Virus record (IMG/VR): IMGVR_UViG_3300041585_000108
Span: 11,319-75,318 of that record
Source of the DNA: a virus
Length of the DNA: 64,000 nt
Strand: one strand, 5' to 3'
The notes under the pieces were generated by a model. The model did not search any database. It was not told the origin of the DNA and saw nothing but the letters and a program-made list of their open reading frames with translations. The position numbers and the translations under genes were made by a program. The first letter of the stretch is position 1, and each line of letters begins with the position of its first letter. Shown piece after piece: positions 56,350 to 64,000 of the stretch.

Positions 56350-57468
56350 TTACTTCTCTTCTAGTGCTTTAATTCTCGCAGTTAATTCTTGCACAGATTT
56401 AATTAAAGGGGATACAAATTGATCATATCTTAATCCTTGCATGGAATCTTCATCTGACATATCTATTTGAACCCAACCAGCAAAATCTTCTATCTCGGCA
56501 TCTACTAGAGATTCTTTAACTTCTTGAGCAATTAATCCATAATGTGTTCTTGATCCAGGTATTGATATTAGATCTCCGTCAACTATTTCTTTTCCTCCCT
56601 CAATAAATTTATATTTTACTGGGTTTAAAGAATTAATAAAATTAAGCCCTAGGTCGGTAGGAAAAACTTCTGTTTTTAATCTTTCGTCAGAAGTATTAAT
56701 TGTACCTGTATTAGAATAAATAGTTTTCCAAAATTTATTTGAAGAAACTCCAGAGCCAGAATCTATTGGTTGTCCAATAGAGTAAAGATTTGTTGCAAGG
56801 GGGTACCAATTAGAGTTTACTCCATAAACAGATGTAGTTGGAATATTTAACGATATTGTTGTTGGGATTGGATCAATTGTTGCACTTGATCCAGGAACCC
56901 CTTGGATACCTTGCGCACCTGTGGCTCCAGTTGCTCCTCTAGGGATTGTAAATTGAAATACTGCATTTGTGGATGTCCCAGTATTTGTTACAGAAGCATT
57001 TGTTCCAGCGGTTCCAGTTATTGTTAAAGCATTTACTGCCAAAGTGGTCGGCCCTTGTATTCCTTGTGGCCCTTGTATTCCTTGTGGCCCTTGAGGCAAC
57101 ACAAGATTTAAAACTTGAGACGGACTAGATCCAGTAATTGTTGCACTAGCGTTAATTCCAGAAACAATATTTCCTACTGATAAAACGTTTGACGGACCAG
57201 GACCACCCAATACTCCATCAATTCCTCTAGGAAGAGTTAATTTTAATATAGCGTTTTGAGCAGTGCCAATATTTTGCACAGATCCAGCTGTACCTGCTGG
57301 CACCGTAGTAACTAGAGGGTATACCTCTAAGGTACCTGAAGGCCCCTGTGGACCTGGATGAGCGTCCAAGTAAGCATCTACGTCGGCAGCTAAATAACCT
57401 AAGTCTCTAGGGACATCAGGAGTGTCTGTATACTGAGGATATCTAAACCCTTTACCTGTTGTAGTCAT
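56350..57468 (-). CDS. collagen-like fibre protein with peptidase S74 chaperone
   Basis: GPQGIQGPQGIQGP and GATGATGAQGIQGVPG Gly-X-Y runs; SDERLK...GLIAQEV...LRYDQF. Confidence 0.85.
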   Translation of the reverse strand: MTTTGKGFRYPQYTDTPDVPRDLGYLAADVDAYLDAHPGPQGPSGTLEVYPLVTTVPAGTAGSVQNIGTAQNAILKLTLPRGIDGVLGGPGPSNVLSVGNIVSGINASATITGSSPSQVLNLVLPQGPQGIQGPQGIQGPTTLAVNALTITGTAGTNASVTNTGTSTNAVFQFTIPRGATGATGAQGIQGVPGSSATIDPIPTTISLNIPTTSVYGVNSNWYPLATNLYSIGQPIDSGSGVSSNKFWKTIYSNTGTINTSDERLKTEVFPTDLGLNFINSLNPVKYKFIEGGKEIVDGDLISIPGSRTHYGLIAQEVKESLVDAEIEDFAGWVQIDMSDEDSMQGLRYDQFVSPLIKSVQELTARIKALEEK

Positions 57469-57488
57469 TTTTTTATTATACCATTATC

Positions 57489-58142
57489 TTACTTAATATA
57501 TACATGAACCGAACTCATATATCTAGTTCCAAAAATAATAGGCTTTACCTCATGAAGATAAGGTAACTGTGATGGAAACATTATCATGCTCCCAGCTTTT
57601 GGTTTAATGGTAATGTTTTGATTTGGAAAATTAATTTCTCCTCCTTCATAATTATCGTTTGGATAAGAAACTAAAGAAAATGCAAGGTCTGAATTACCAT
57701 CTTGTCCGTCAAAATGTGGGCCCATAGATTGCCCTTGATTCCATTTTTTAATCGGAACATTATTCAATTCTAGCCTATAATCATTTTCATCTAATCCATG
57801 TCCAGCCAAATATCTATTTGAACACATTTCAAAAGCCATTAAAAAGCTATTGCTAATATACAAAGTTTTTTTGTCTGTTGCGTCTGATCCCGTACTACTT
57901 TTTAATTCAGAAGATAGTATGTTTTTTGTTGCTCCATATATTATGGATGTGTCATCGCTTGCAGTCCAATTTTTCCATTTTGTAATTTTATTATAAGATA
58001 GCTCATTTAAATCAATTTCTTCAATAAAATCAACAAGGTGATCGGGAAAACTTAAAGCATTTTCCCAATACCATATATTAGGATTTAAAATTTGTAAGTC
58101 AAACATCACAAACTGCTTAAACTCAATATTATTTTTTATCAC
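57489..58142 (-). CDS. 2OG-Fe(II) oxygenase (P4Hc-like)
   Basis: PHFD, YPNDNYEGGE, YLHEV, TRY. Confidence 0.9.
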   Translation of the reverse strand: MIKNNIEFKQFVMFDLQILNPNIWYWENALSFPDHLVDFIEEIDLNELSYNKITKWKNWTASDDTSIIYGATKNILSSELKSSTGSDATDKKTLYISNSFLMAFEMCSNRYLAGHGLDENDYRLELNNVPIKKWNQGQSMGPHFDGQDGNSDLAFSLVSYPNDNYEGGEINFPNQNITIKPKAGSMIMFPSQLPYLHEVKPIIFGTRYMSSVHVYIK

Positions 58143-58888
58143 TCTACTTCCTCTGCTGGATATTTTTTACCTTGAGCGGTTATTCTTAATCCTTCTTGTC
58201 TAACCGCTTCCCATTCTGAAGCTTCTATTTTTTGATGAGCTCTTACTTTTAAAAGTTCTTCTGCCCATTTATCTCTTGTTTCTTGCGGATAATCTTCTTC
58301 TTCTCTATCATCCCAAAATGACCCTAGTGTGTATCGTATAGCTTTTTTTACTGTAGTGACTTCATGCATATTATGAAATCCTCCAGCAAATGTTACTAAA
58401 GTTCCAGTTTTTGGAACAATTTTTAATCCATGTTTAAAATTTAAAATCCCGTCTTCAAAGTCATCGTTTAAATAAAGAAAGGTTGCATATCTGCTTCTAG
58501 TAAATGCACCCGAGACTCCATCATTAGAGGTGTTGTCAGAATGCATATTTGCAAAAGCACCTGGTGCCCATCTTTGTGAGTGCCAACTTATTTGTGACAT
58601 TTGTTTTGGATCTTTGCCAGCCATTTCTGCTGTTGCATCAATGACTCTTTGTCTAAGCGATTGAAAAAAATCTCCTGGAAGTCTAGATGCAATTGTATCT
58701 GGGTCATCTATATCTGGAGTACCAGATGAATATGACTCATAAAATGATATTGGCATCCACTTTAACTGTTCTTTTTCCATTTTAATTGCCAAAACATCAA
58801 TTATTGATTTGCATTCTTCTGGTGTTAAAAAATTTTCATACTCAGTAATGTCTTCTTTGTGTTTAGTTATAATCATGTTTCTTTTCAT
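58139..58888 (-). CDS. 2OG-Fe(II) oxygenase (P4Hc-like)
   Basis: NFLTPEEC, MHSD, YLNDDFEDG, MHEV, IRY. Confidence 0.9.
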   Translation of the reverse strand: MKRNMIITKHKEDITEYENFLTPEECKSIIDVLAIKMEKEQLKWMPISFYESYSSGTPDIDDPDTIASRLPGDFFQSLRQRVIDATAEMAGKDPKQMSQISWHSQRWAPGAFANMHSDNTSNDGVSGAFTRSRYATFLYLNDDFEDGILNFKHGLKIVPKTGTLVTFAGGFHNMHEVTTVKKAIRYTLGSFWDDREEEDYPQETRDKWAEELLKVRAHQKIEASEWEAVRQEGLRITAQGKKYPAEEVE

Positions 58889-58889
58889 T

Positions 58890-59708
58890 TTAATTTCCTT
58901 GGCCTTTCTTAGAAGCTATATATTCTTCGTAAGGAAGTAATTGTTCATCACTAAAATAAATCATGTTTCTTTTATCATCGTAATCTATTCTTTCCTGCTC
59001 CATTTTTGCCCATCTGTATGCACCAAATTTTCTTTGGTTTTCAAGCCATTCCTCTGTTCCATTGTGGGGAGTCATAATAAAATTTCTTACAAAAAACTTT
59101 TCATTTGTGTTAATTGTTTTTACTCCATGAAAATAAGGTTGAGTTGAAGGAAAAACTAAAATGTCTCCTGCTTGTGGCTTATGATTAATAAGCTTTTTGT
59201 CTACGTAAAACTCAATATCTCCACCTTCGTAATCATCATTTATATACATTGTACATGTTATAAAAAATTTATCTCCAGGCATATCTTTTTGAGAAGTTAT
59301 GTGGTCTGTGTGGTATTGCATTGTCATGCTGTTTAGTAAAGTATCAATATTAGCGTTATACTTAGAATATGAGCATCCACTAAATCGCCAGCCATCGGGC
59401 AAATTAATTTTATGTCTTTGTACATAATCTAAGATTACTTTGTTATAAGCTTCTTCAACTTCTTCAACAAAATTTTTTTCTTTAATAAACATTTCATGAG
59501 ATAAAGTATCAGCTAAAATTTCTTTACTATCTTTTTTTTGACTGTAGGTTCCAAAATGTGCCCAAGGATCCCAAGTTTTTAAAAAATATTTTCCTTCGGA
59601 GTTTTTTTCAGAATCATTCATGACGTTATACATTTGATCTACATCTTTTAAAACATTTCTATATACATCAATATTTGGGTAAAGCTCTACGTAATCTAAT
59701 TTATTCAT
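58890..59708 (-). CDS. 2OG-Fe(II) oxygenase (P4Hc-like)
   Basis: YHTD, YINDDYEGG, AGDILVFPS, FHGV, EKF. Confidence 0.9.
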   Translation of the reverse strand: MNKLDYVELYPNIDVYRNVLKDVDQMYNVMNDSEKNSEGKYFLKTWDPWAHFGTYSQKKDSKEILADTLSHEMFIKEKNFVEEVEEAYNKVILDYVQRHKINLPDGWRFSGCSYSKYNANIDTLLNSMTMQYHTDHITSQKDMPGDKFFITCTMYINDDYEGGDIEFYVDKKLINHKPQAGDILVFPSTQPYFHGVKTINTNEKFFVRNFIMTPHNGTEEWLENQRKFGAYRWAKMEQERIDYDDKRNMIYFSDEQLLPYEEYIASKKGQGN

Positions 59709-60379
59709 GGTTGTTTTTCTCCTGTATGTTTATTTATTGTCCAAAAAAATGGGGACGTAAATCTATTACCAGATTTTATTGGGCGTACCCCATGCGTATA
59801 ATTCATATCGCCTGGGAAAAAATATGCTGCTCCAGCAACTGGCTGAAATTCAATTCCATGTTGTGGAAAATATAACTCTCCACCTTCATAATCATCATTG
59901 AAATAAAATAATCCTGCTAGATCGTACCACGGAAAATCATTTGGCCTTCCTTTTTCTGGACCAGAATGAAATTCTTTGTCTGCATGAGGCTCTTGTCTTG
60001 TTCCAATTGGCCACCTAACAATTGCTGGACCAGTTTCTTTTGCATCAACATTAAAAAATGAATCAACTTGAATTTTTAATCTTGCTATCATGCTATACAC
60101 AAGATCAAGTATGCCTGGGTCTGAAGCCATTAAAGAATTGTAAGTGCAGACTCTATCTTCCCAAACTGTATGATCATATAAAACTAATCCATCTTCATCT
60201 CTATGAGTTTCTGTTATATCCCAAACCTTATTATTTAATGCAAAGTTCATCAGTCTTTCTCGTTCATCTAAGCTTAAAAAATCTCTAATTTCTACAATAT
60301 TATCAGGGGAGTTTCCAAAAAATCCAGATGGCGTAATTGACTTTGGTCTATTATCGTTCCAGCTATTTTCTAATTTCAT
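59705..60379 (-). CDS. 2OG-Fe(II) oxygenase (P4Hc-like)
   Basis: PHAD, YFNDDYEGGE, THGV, NRF. Confidence 0.9.
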   Translation of the reverse strand: MKLENSWNDNRPKSITPSGFFGNSPDNIVEIRDFLSLDERERLMNFALNNKVWDITETHRDEDGLVLYDHTVWEDRVCTYNSLMASDPGILDLVYSMIARLKIQVDSFFNVDAKETGPAIVRWPIGTRQEPHADKEFHSGPEKGRPNDFPWYDLAGLFYFNDDYEGGELYFPQHGIEFQPVAGAAYFFPGDMNYTHGVRPIKSGNRFTSPFFWTINKHTGEKQP

Positions 60380-61098
60380 TTATTTTCTCCTTTATTTATT
60401 ATATCATCATTTATTTTTAGCCTTATTGATTTTACTTGATGAGAACCTATTTTTCTTTTTAAATGATCTACAGCATCCCTATAAAAATTGGACCAGTTTG
60501 CTGTTTTATTTAAGTTGTATATTGCCTTAGAATATTCATTAGAATCAAATAGCGGTGCTTTTAAGCTAGACAATGGTTTTAAGGTTATTTCTGAATTGTT
60601 TATAGAAACCAAATCTATTGGAAGTATTGCAATAATTGGAGTGTTGGCTTTTATTGTTATAACTTCATTTGGTTTTGTTATCATCCATGCTACTGGTAGC
60701 TCCCCTGCAAAAAATGATGTGCTTATTAATGTTGTAAATGGGACTGCTCCGTCAATAAAAAAATTTGGAACTGGCATAGAAAGCAAGCTTATATCTTTAT
60801 TTGTTTTAAACATTATGCCTGTATTAAAGCTTATAGTTCCATTTGCTCTTCCAGAATAAGCATATTTATCTCCAGATAAAATTTTAACATGATCTGAAGT
60901 GCTATCTGAAATTCCATCCCAAATAAAAGATATATCTTCTGGAAAAGATATTCCCCATCCTAACTGATTTGTTAAACTAACTGGAAAACATTTATATGCG
61001 TGAGCATCAAAAGTTGCGTTCATCCAATCTCTTTTAGCCGTTAAGCAATCAACTTTTCCTAATTCTTTTCTTATAACATAAGCTTCTATGCTATGCAT
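60376..61098 (-). CDS. DUF6065-like protein
   Basis: KRDWM...AYKCFP...NQLGWG pattern. Confidence 0.72.
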   Translation of the reverse strand: MHSIEAYVIRKELGKVDCLTAKRDWMNATFDAHAYKCFPVSLTNQLGWGISFPEDISFIWDGISDSTSDHVKILSGDKYAYSGRANGTISFNTGIMFKTNKDISLLSMPVPNFFIDGAVPFTTLISTSFFAGELPVAWMITKPNEVITIKANTPIIAILPIDLVSINNSEITLKPLSSLKAPLFDSNEYSKAIYNLNKTANWSNFYRDAVDHLKRKIGSHQVKSIRLKINDDIINKGENK

Positions 61099-61804
61099 TT
61101 TGATTTTTGCCAGATTTAATATCTTCTTCTAGCCATTTAGATCTCATTTGAATAAATTCTTGTTTATGAGAATGGTCGTTATAATCTAACATAGTTACAA
61201 TAGAAAATTTTGTTCCAGATTCTACTGGCATTGCTCTATGAGAAAATAAATAAGTAGAAGGAAAAATATAAAGGTCTCCTGCTTTAGGCTTTATATCTAG
61301 TCCAATCTTGGGAAAATAAAGGTTTCCCCCTTCATAATCATCATTAACATAAGCTACTAAAGAAACTGTTGCGCTATAAGAAAATCCATGATCAGCATGC
61401 TCTTGAAAATGTTGTTTTTCGCCATAGCGAATGCAATTCATAACTTCCCAATAATTCATCTTTATATTGTATCTTGAACAATAATCTTCTACGGCAATGT
61501 TTTGAGATATTTTTAAATCATTCCATAGGCTTGAAACTAAATTTTGTGTTTCATTAATTGGATTTTTTATTTCTGCAATTTTAATATCTTCGCAATCTCT
61601 GTATGATGGCCTTTTTTCACTATAACCAACATATCCAAAAATCCAATCAAATCTTGACTCTCCTTCTTTAGCTGCTGATTCACCAATTTTATTAAGCCTA
61701 TTGATTACGTCAATTTCTTTTTTAATTACATCTCTATATACCCATACACCTGGAAAAAGCTCTTCTTTAGAGGAAAATAAATAATTGTTGTTTAAATTTG
61801 TCAT
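61091..61804 (-). CDS. 2OG-Fe(II) oxygenase (P4Hc-like)
   Basis: EHAD, YVNDDYEGG, FPS, SHRAMPVESGTKFS (Lys-type 2OG binder). Confidence 0.9.
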   Translation of the reverse strand: MTNLNNNYLFSSKEELFPGVWVYRDVIKKEIDVINRLNKIGESAAKEGESRFDWIFGYVGYSEKRPSYRDCEDIKIAEIKNPINETQNLVSSLWNDLKISQNIAVEDYCSRYNIKMNYWEVMNCIRYGEKQHFQEHADHGFSYSATVSLVAYVNDDYEGGNLYFPKIGLDIKPKAGDLYIFPSTYLFSHRAMPVESGTKFSIVTMLDYNDHSHKQEFIQMRSKWLEEDIKSGKNQNA

Positions 61805-61810
61805 AAATAC

Positions 61811-61819
61811 ATTGTATCA
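61811..61819 (-). promoter_or_regulatory. extended -10 leaderless promoter of oxygenase operon
   Basis: TGa-TACAAT-N6-ATG. Confidence 0.6.
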
Positions 61820-61829
61820 TTTATGCTTA

Positions 61830-61874
61830 TAAAGCACAATAGCAAGGGGAACGGCCCCTTGCTATTGTGCTTTA
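61830..61874 (-). terminator. terminator after the FN3/PPFF gene
   Basis: Perfect 20-bp arms TAAAGCACAATAGCAAGGGG / CCCCTTGCTATTGTGCTTTA with 5-nt loop. Confidence 0.8.
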
Positions 61875-61879
61875 ATTTA

Positions 61880-62740
61880 TTAGTAGTACCTTATAAATCT
61901 GCTACCAAAGTATGGTGGTGCGAAGAAGCTTGGTGGTGCGAAGAAGCTTGGTGGGAAAAACGGTGGTGCGAAGAAGCTTGGTGGTGCGAAGAAGCTTGGT
62001 GGTGCGAAGAAGCTTGGTGGAAAAAACGGTGGTGCGAAGAAGCTTGGTGGAAAAAACGGTGGTGCGAAGAAGCTTGGTGGTGCGAAGAAGCTTGGTGGAA
62101 AAAACGGTGGAAAAAACGGTGGCGAAAAAAATGTTGGGGACAAAGTAGTAACAGTGTTTGTGTTATTTGATGCATCAGATCTTCCATTAGCGTTATCTGC
62201 ATATACATTGTAATACTGTGATGTTTCAGCAGTATCTGCAATTGATATAGATAAAGAGGTTGTATTACCAGTTGTTGCATCATTTCCAACAACAAAATAG
62301 TTAGTTATTGCAGTTCCTCCATTTTCTGGAGCTACCCATGTAACTGTATTTGCGTTAACCCCAGCTGTTGCAGATGCGCTTGTTGGAGCACTTGGTTTTG
62401 TTGTAACTGTTACAGAATTAGAGGCAGCCGATGCTGGACCAGTTCCTGCAGCATTTGTTCCTGTTACTGTAATAGTTGTAATAGCACCTACTCCAAAACC
62501 AGTAATAGTTAGTGGAGAAGATGATCCTGTAGCAGAATGTGTTGTATTGTGTACGCTACAAAACCCTGATGCCGTAAAAGATGTTGCAGTATTTGGCCCT
62601 GTTGGGGTAAATGTTACTGTAACTGCTCCATTCCCATAAGCACGACCTATTCCAACATTTGTTGCTGTTTCAATTGTTGGTGCATATGGTGTTAAGAAGT
62701 CATTTGCTCCTTGGCTCATTCTACCTGCTTGTTTTGACAT
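61880..62740 (-). CDS. FN3-like virion protein with Pro-Phe-rich repeat tail
   Basis: Two FN3-like units (PSAPT...VTWVAPENGGTAITNY; VTGTNAAGTG), then PPFF/PPSFFA array; AAGGGAG SD. Confidence 0.8.
   Translation of the reverse strand: MSKQAGRMSQGANDFLTPYAPTIETATNVGIGRAYGNGAVTVTFTPTGPNTATSFTASGFCSVHNTTHSATGSSSPLTITGFGVGAITTITVTGTNAAGTGPASAASNSVTVTTKPSAPTSASATAGVNANTVTWVAPENGGTAITNYFVVGNDATTGNTTSLSISIADTAETSQYYNVYADNANGRSDASNNTNTVTTLSPTFFSPPFFPPFFPPSFFAPPSFFAPPFFPPSFFAPPFFPPSFFAPPSFFAPPSFFAPPFFPPSFFAPPSFFAPPYFGSRFIRYY
61907..62122 (-). repeat. coding repeat array: 5x PPFF (12 bp), 8x PPSFFA (18 bp), 1x PPYF
   Basis: Units CCACCGTTTTTT and CCACCAAGCTTCTTCGCA read directly. Confidence 0.95.
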
Positions 62741-62763
62741 ATTTTATTCTCCCTTAATTCGTA

Positions 62764-64000
62764 TTATGCTGATAGGTCTCCGAAGACCAACCATCCACTT
62801 GAAGTCTTCATTGCTGTTGCAACTGAGTTAGTAGTTCTAAGTTTTAATCCTGGAGTACCTACCGCGCTGTTGGTTGAAGCAAATGATGCTCCAGTTCCTG
62901 ATTCTTGGTAGAAATCAACTGATTGTCCAGTTTGGTATCCTGTTGCTGGAAGGGTGATAACAACTGCTCCAGTTAGTGGAACAAATTTGTCTGCTTGTCC
63001 TGCTGCAAGTGTTGCAGATGCTGCGATTGCTGTAGCAAAGGCTGTTACTGATGGGACACCAGCCTTGGCTTGAGTTCCGTCTGAAAATACAATACCTGCT
63101 GCTGAAAGTGTTACTGTTCCAGATGCTGTAAGATTTACTACCGTTGCTGTACCAGTAAGTGCTGGTGAGTCCAAAGGAGCTTTTGCAGCTAAATTGTTTG
63201 TTAATGTTGTTGAGAAGTTTGCATCATTTCCAAGAGCAGTTGCTAACTCATTAAGAGTATCAAGTGCTGCTGGTGCAGATGCTACAAGATTTGAAACTGC
63301 TGTTCCAACAAACGCTGTCGTAGCAACTTGTGTAGTTGCTGTTCCTGCAGTTGCTGTTGGCGCAGTTGGTACACCAGTAAGGGCTGGTGAAGCAAGCGGG
63401 GCCTTAAGGTCCAATGCTGTCTGAGTTGCAGTCGATACTGGCTTTGCAGCATCTGAAGTATTATCTACAGAACCTAATCCAACCATAGTCTTAGTAATAC
63501 CATTAACAGTGCCTGTAAAGGTTGGTGATGCTAGTGGGGCCTTTAGATTAAGGGCGGAGTTAACTGTAGCAGTTAAGGCAAGGGCAGATGTATCTGAAAT
63601 TCCATGAACATTTGTTGTACTTGATGCATGTGACGATAAATTAGTTGCTGTTGTTGTAATTTGTGTTTGTACAGAAGAAGTAGTTCCATCTAAATAACCA
63701 ATTTCTGTTGAAGAAACATTTCCAATTGATGTAGTACTTGGAAGAATAACATTTCCAGTAAATGTTGGTGAATCAATTGTTGATTTTAATGATAAGGAAT
63801 TATCTAATCCATTAATTTTTGATGTTGATATATAAGCCATATCAGATATTTTGTCATTTGTTATAGATAGATTTGCAATTTTTGCAGTAGTTACTGCAGA
63901 GCCTGCAATTTTTGCAGTAGTTACTGCATCTGTTGCAATTTTAATTTCGCTTACTGCAGAGTCTGCAATTTTTGCAGTAGTTACTGCAGAGTCTGCAATT
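62764..64000 (-). CDS. tail-fibre-like repeat protein (5' end beyond window)
   Basis: Frame is open past 63840 to the edge with IADSAVTTAK decamer repeats; KAPLASPTFTG repeats, VGLGSVDNTSD, APAALDTLNELATALGND. Confidence 0.82.
   Translation of the reverse strand, partial: IADSAVTTAKIADSAVSEIKIATDAVTTAKIAGSAVTTAKIANLSITNDKISDMAYISTSKINGLDNSLSLKSTIDSPTFTGNVILPSTTSIGNVSSTEIGYLDGTTSSVQTQITTTATNLSSHASSTTNVHGISDTSALALTATVNSALNLKAPLASPTFTGTVNGITKTMVGLGSVDNTSDAAKPVSTATQTALDLKAPLASPALTGVPTAPTATAGTATTQVATTAFVGTAVSNLVASAPAALDTLNELATALGNDANFSTTLTNNLAAKAPLDSPALTGTATVVNLTASGTVTLSAAGIVFSDGTQAKAGVPSVTAFATAIAASATLAAGQADKFVPLTGAVVITLPATGYQTGQSVDFYQESGTGASFASTNSAVGTPGLKLRTTNSVATAMKTSSGWLVFGDLSA
63872..64000 (-). 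repeat. 30-bp coding repeats (IADSAVTTAK)
   Basis: Plus strand TGCAATTTTTGCAGTAGTTACTGCAGA recurs at 30-bp period. Confidence 0.85.

Noticed and set aside
61907-62122. Resemblance of PPFF to the cyclic peptides antamanide and cyclolinopeptide
   Set aside because: A four-residue low-complexity match is not evidence of homology, and no prolyl-oligopeptidase-type macrocyclase is visible in the window.
61823-62295. Alternative-frame repeat ORFs (WWCEEA, VVRRSL, HHQASS)
   Set aside because: Other frames of the stop-free PPFF array; only the FN3 frame has an SD, domain context and a following terminator.
1-64000. Integrase, prophage boundary, DGR reverse transcriptase or alternative genetic code
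   Set aside because: None seen. Genes translate full-length in code 11 and use TAA, TAG and TGA as stops; lifestyle cannot be determined from this window.

Overview
This 64 kb window is part of an AT-rich tailed-phage genome with siphovirus-type architecture. Essentially all real genes are on the minus strand, so transcription runs from right to left. The order is: (1) fibre and virion-accessory genes, including an FN3-like protein with a (PPFF/PPSFFA)n tail; (2) a six-gene operon of five 2OG-Fe(II) oxygenases plus one DUF6065-like protein; (3) a collagen-like fibre; (4) head, neck and tail genes, including a 2973-aa tape measure protein with internal cassettes, one of them kinase-like; (5) replication and recombination genes (DnaB, primase, SSB, DnaE, RecA, Cas4-like nuclease, RuvC), which contain a second oxygenase/DUF6065 pair; (6) terminase; (7) carbamoyltransferase, five tRNAs, SGNH-like protein, CHAP endolysin, WhiB, proteases, thioredoxin and a Pro-rich surface protein. 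WhiB and many leaderless sigma70-type promoters suggest an actinobacterial host. The best candidates for an undescribed system are the prolyl-hydroxylase-like operon sandwiched between Pro-rich virion proteins, and the tape measure protein acting as a modular effector carrier. Also noted: probable ATA starts, three apparent internally deleted gene remnants, and a tRNA overlapped by a CDS. All calls come from reading motifs by eye; no database searches were run.
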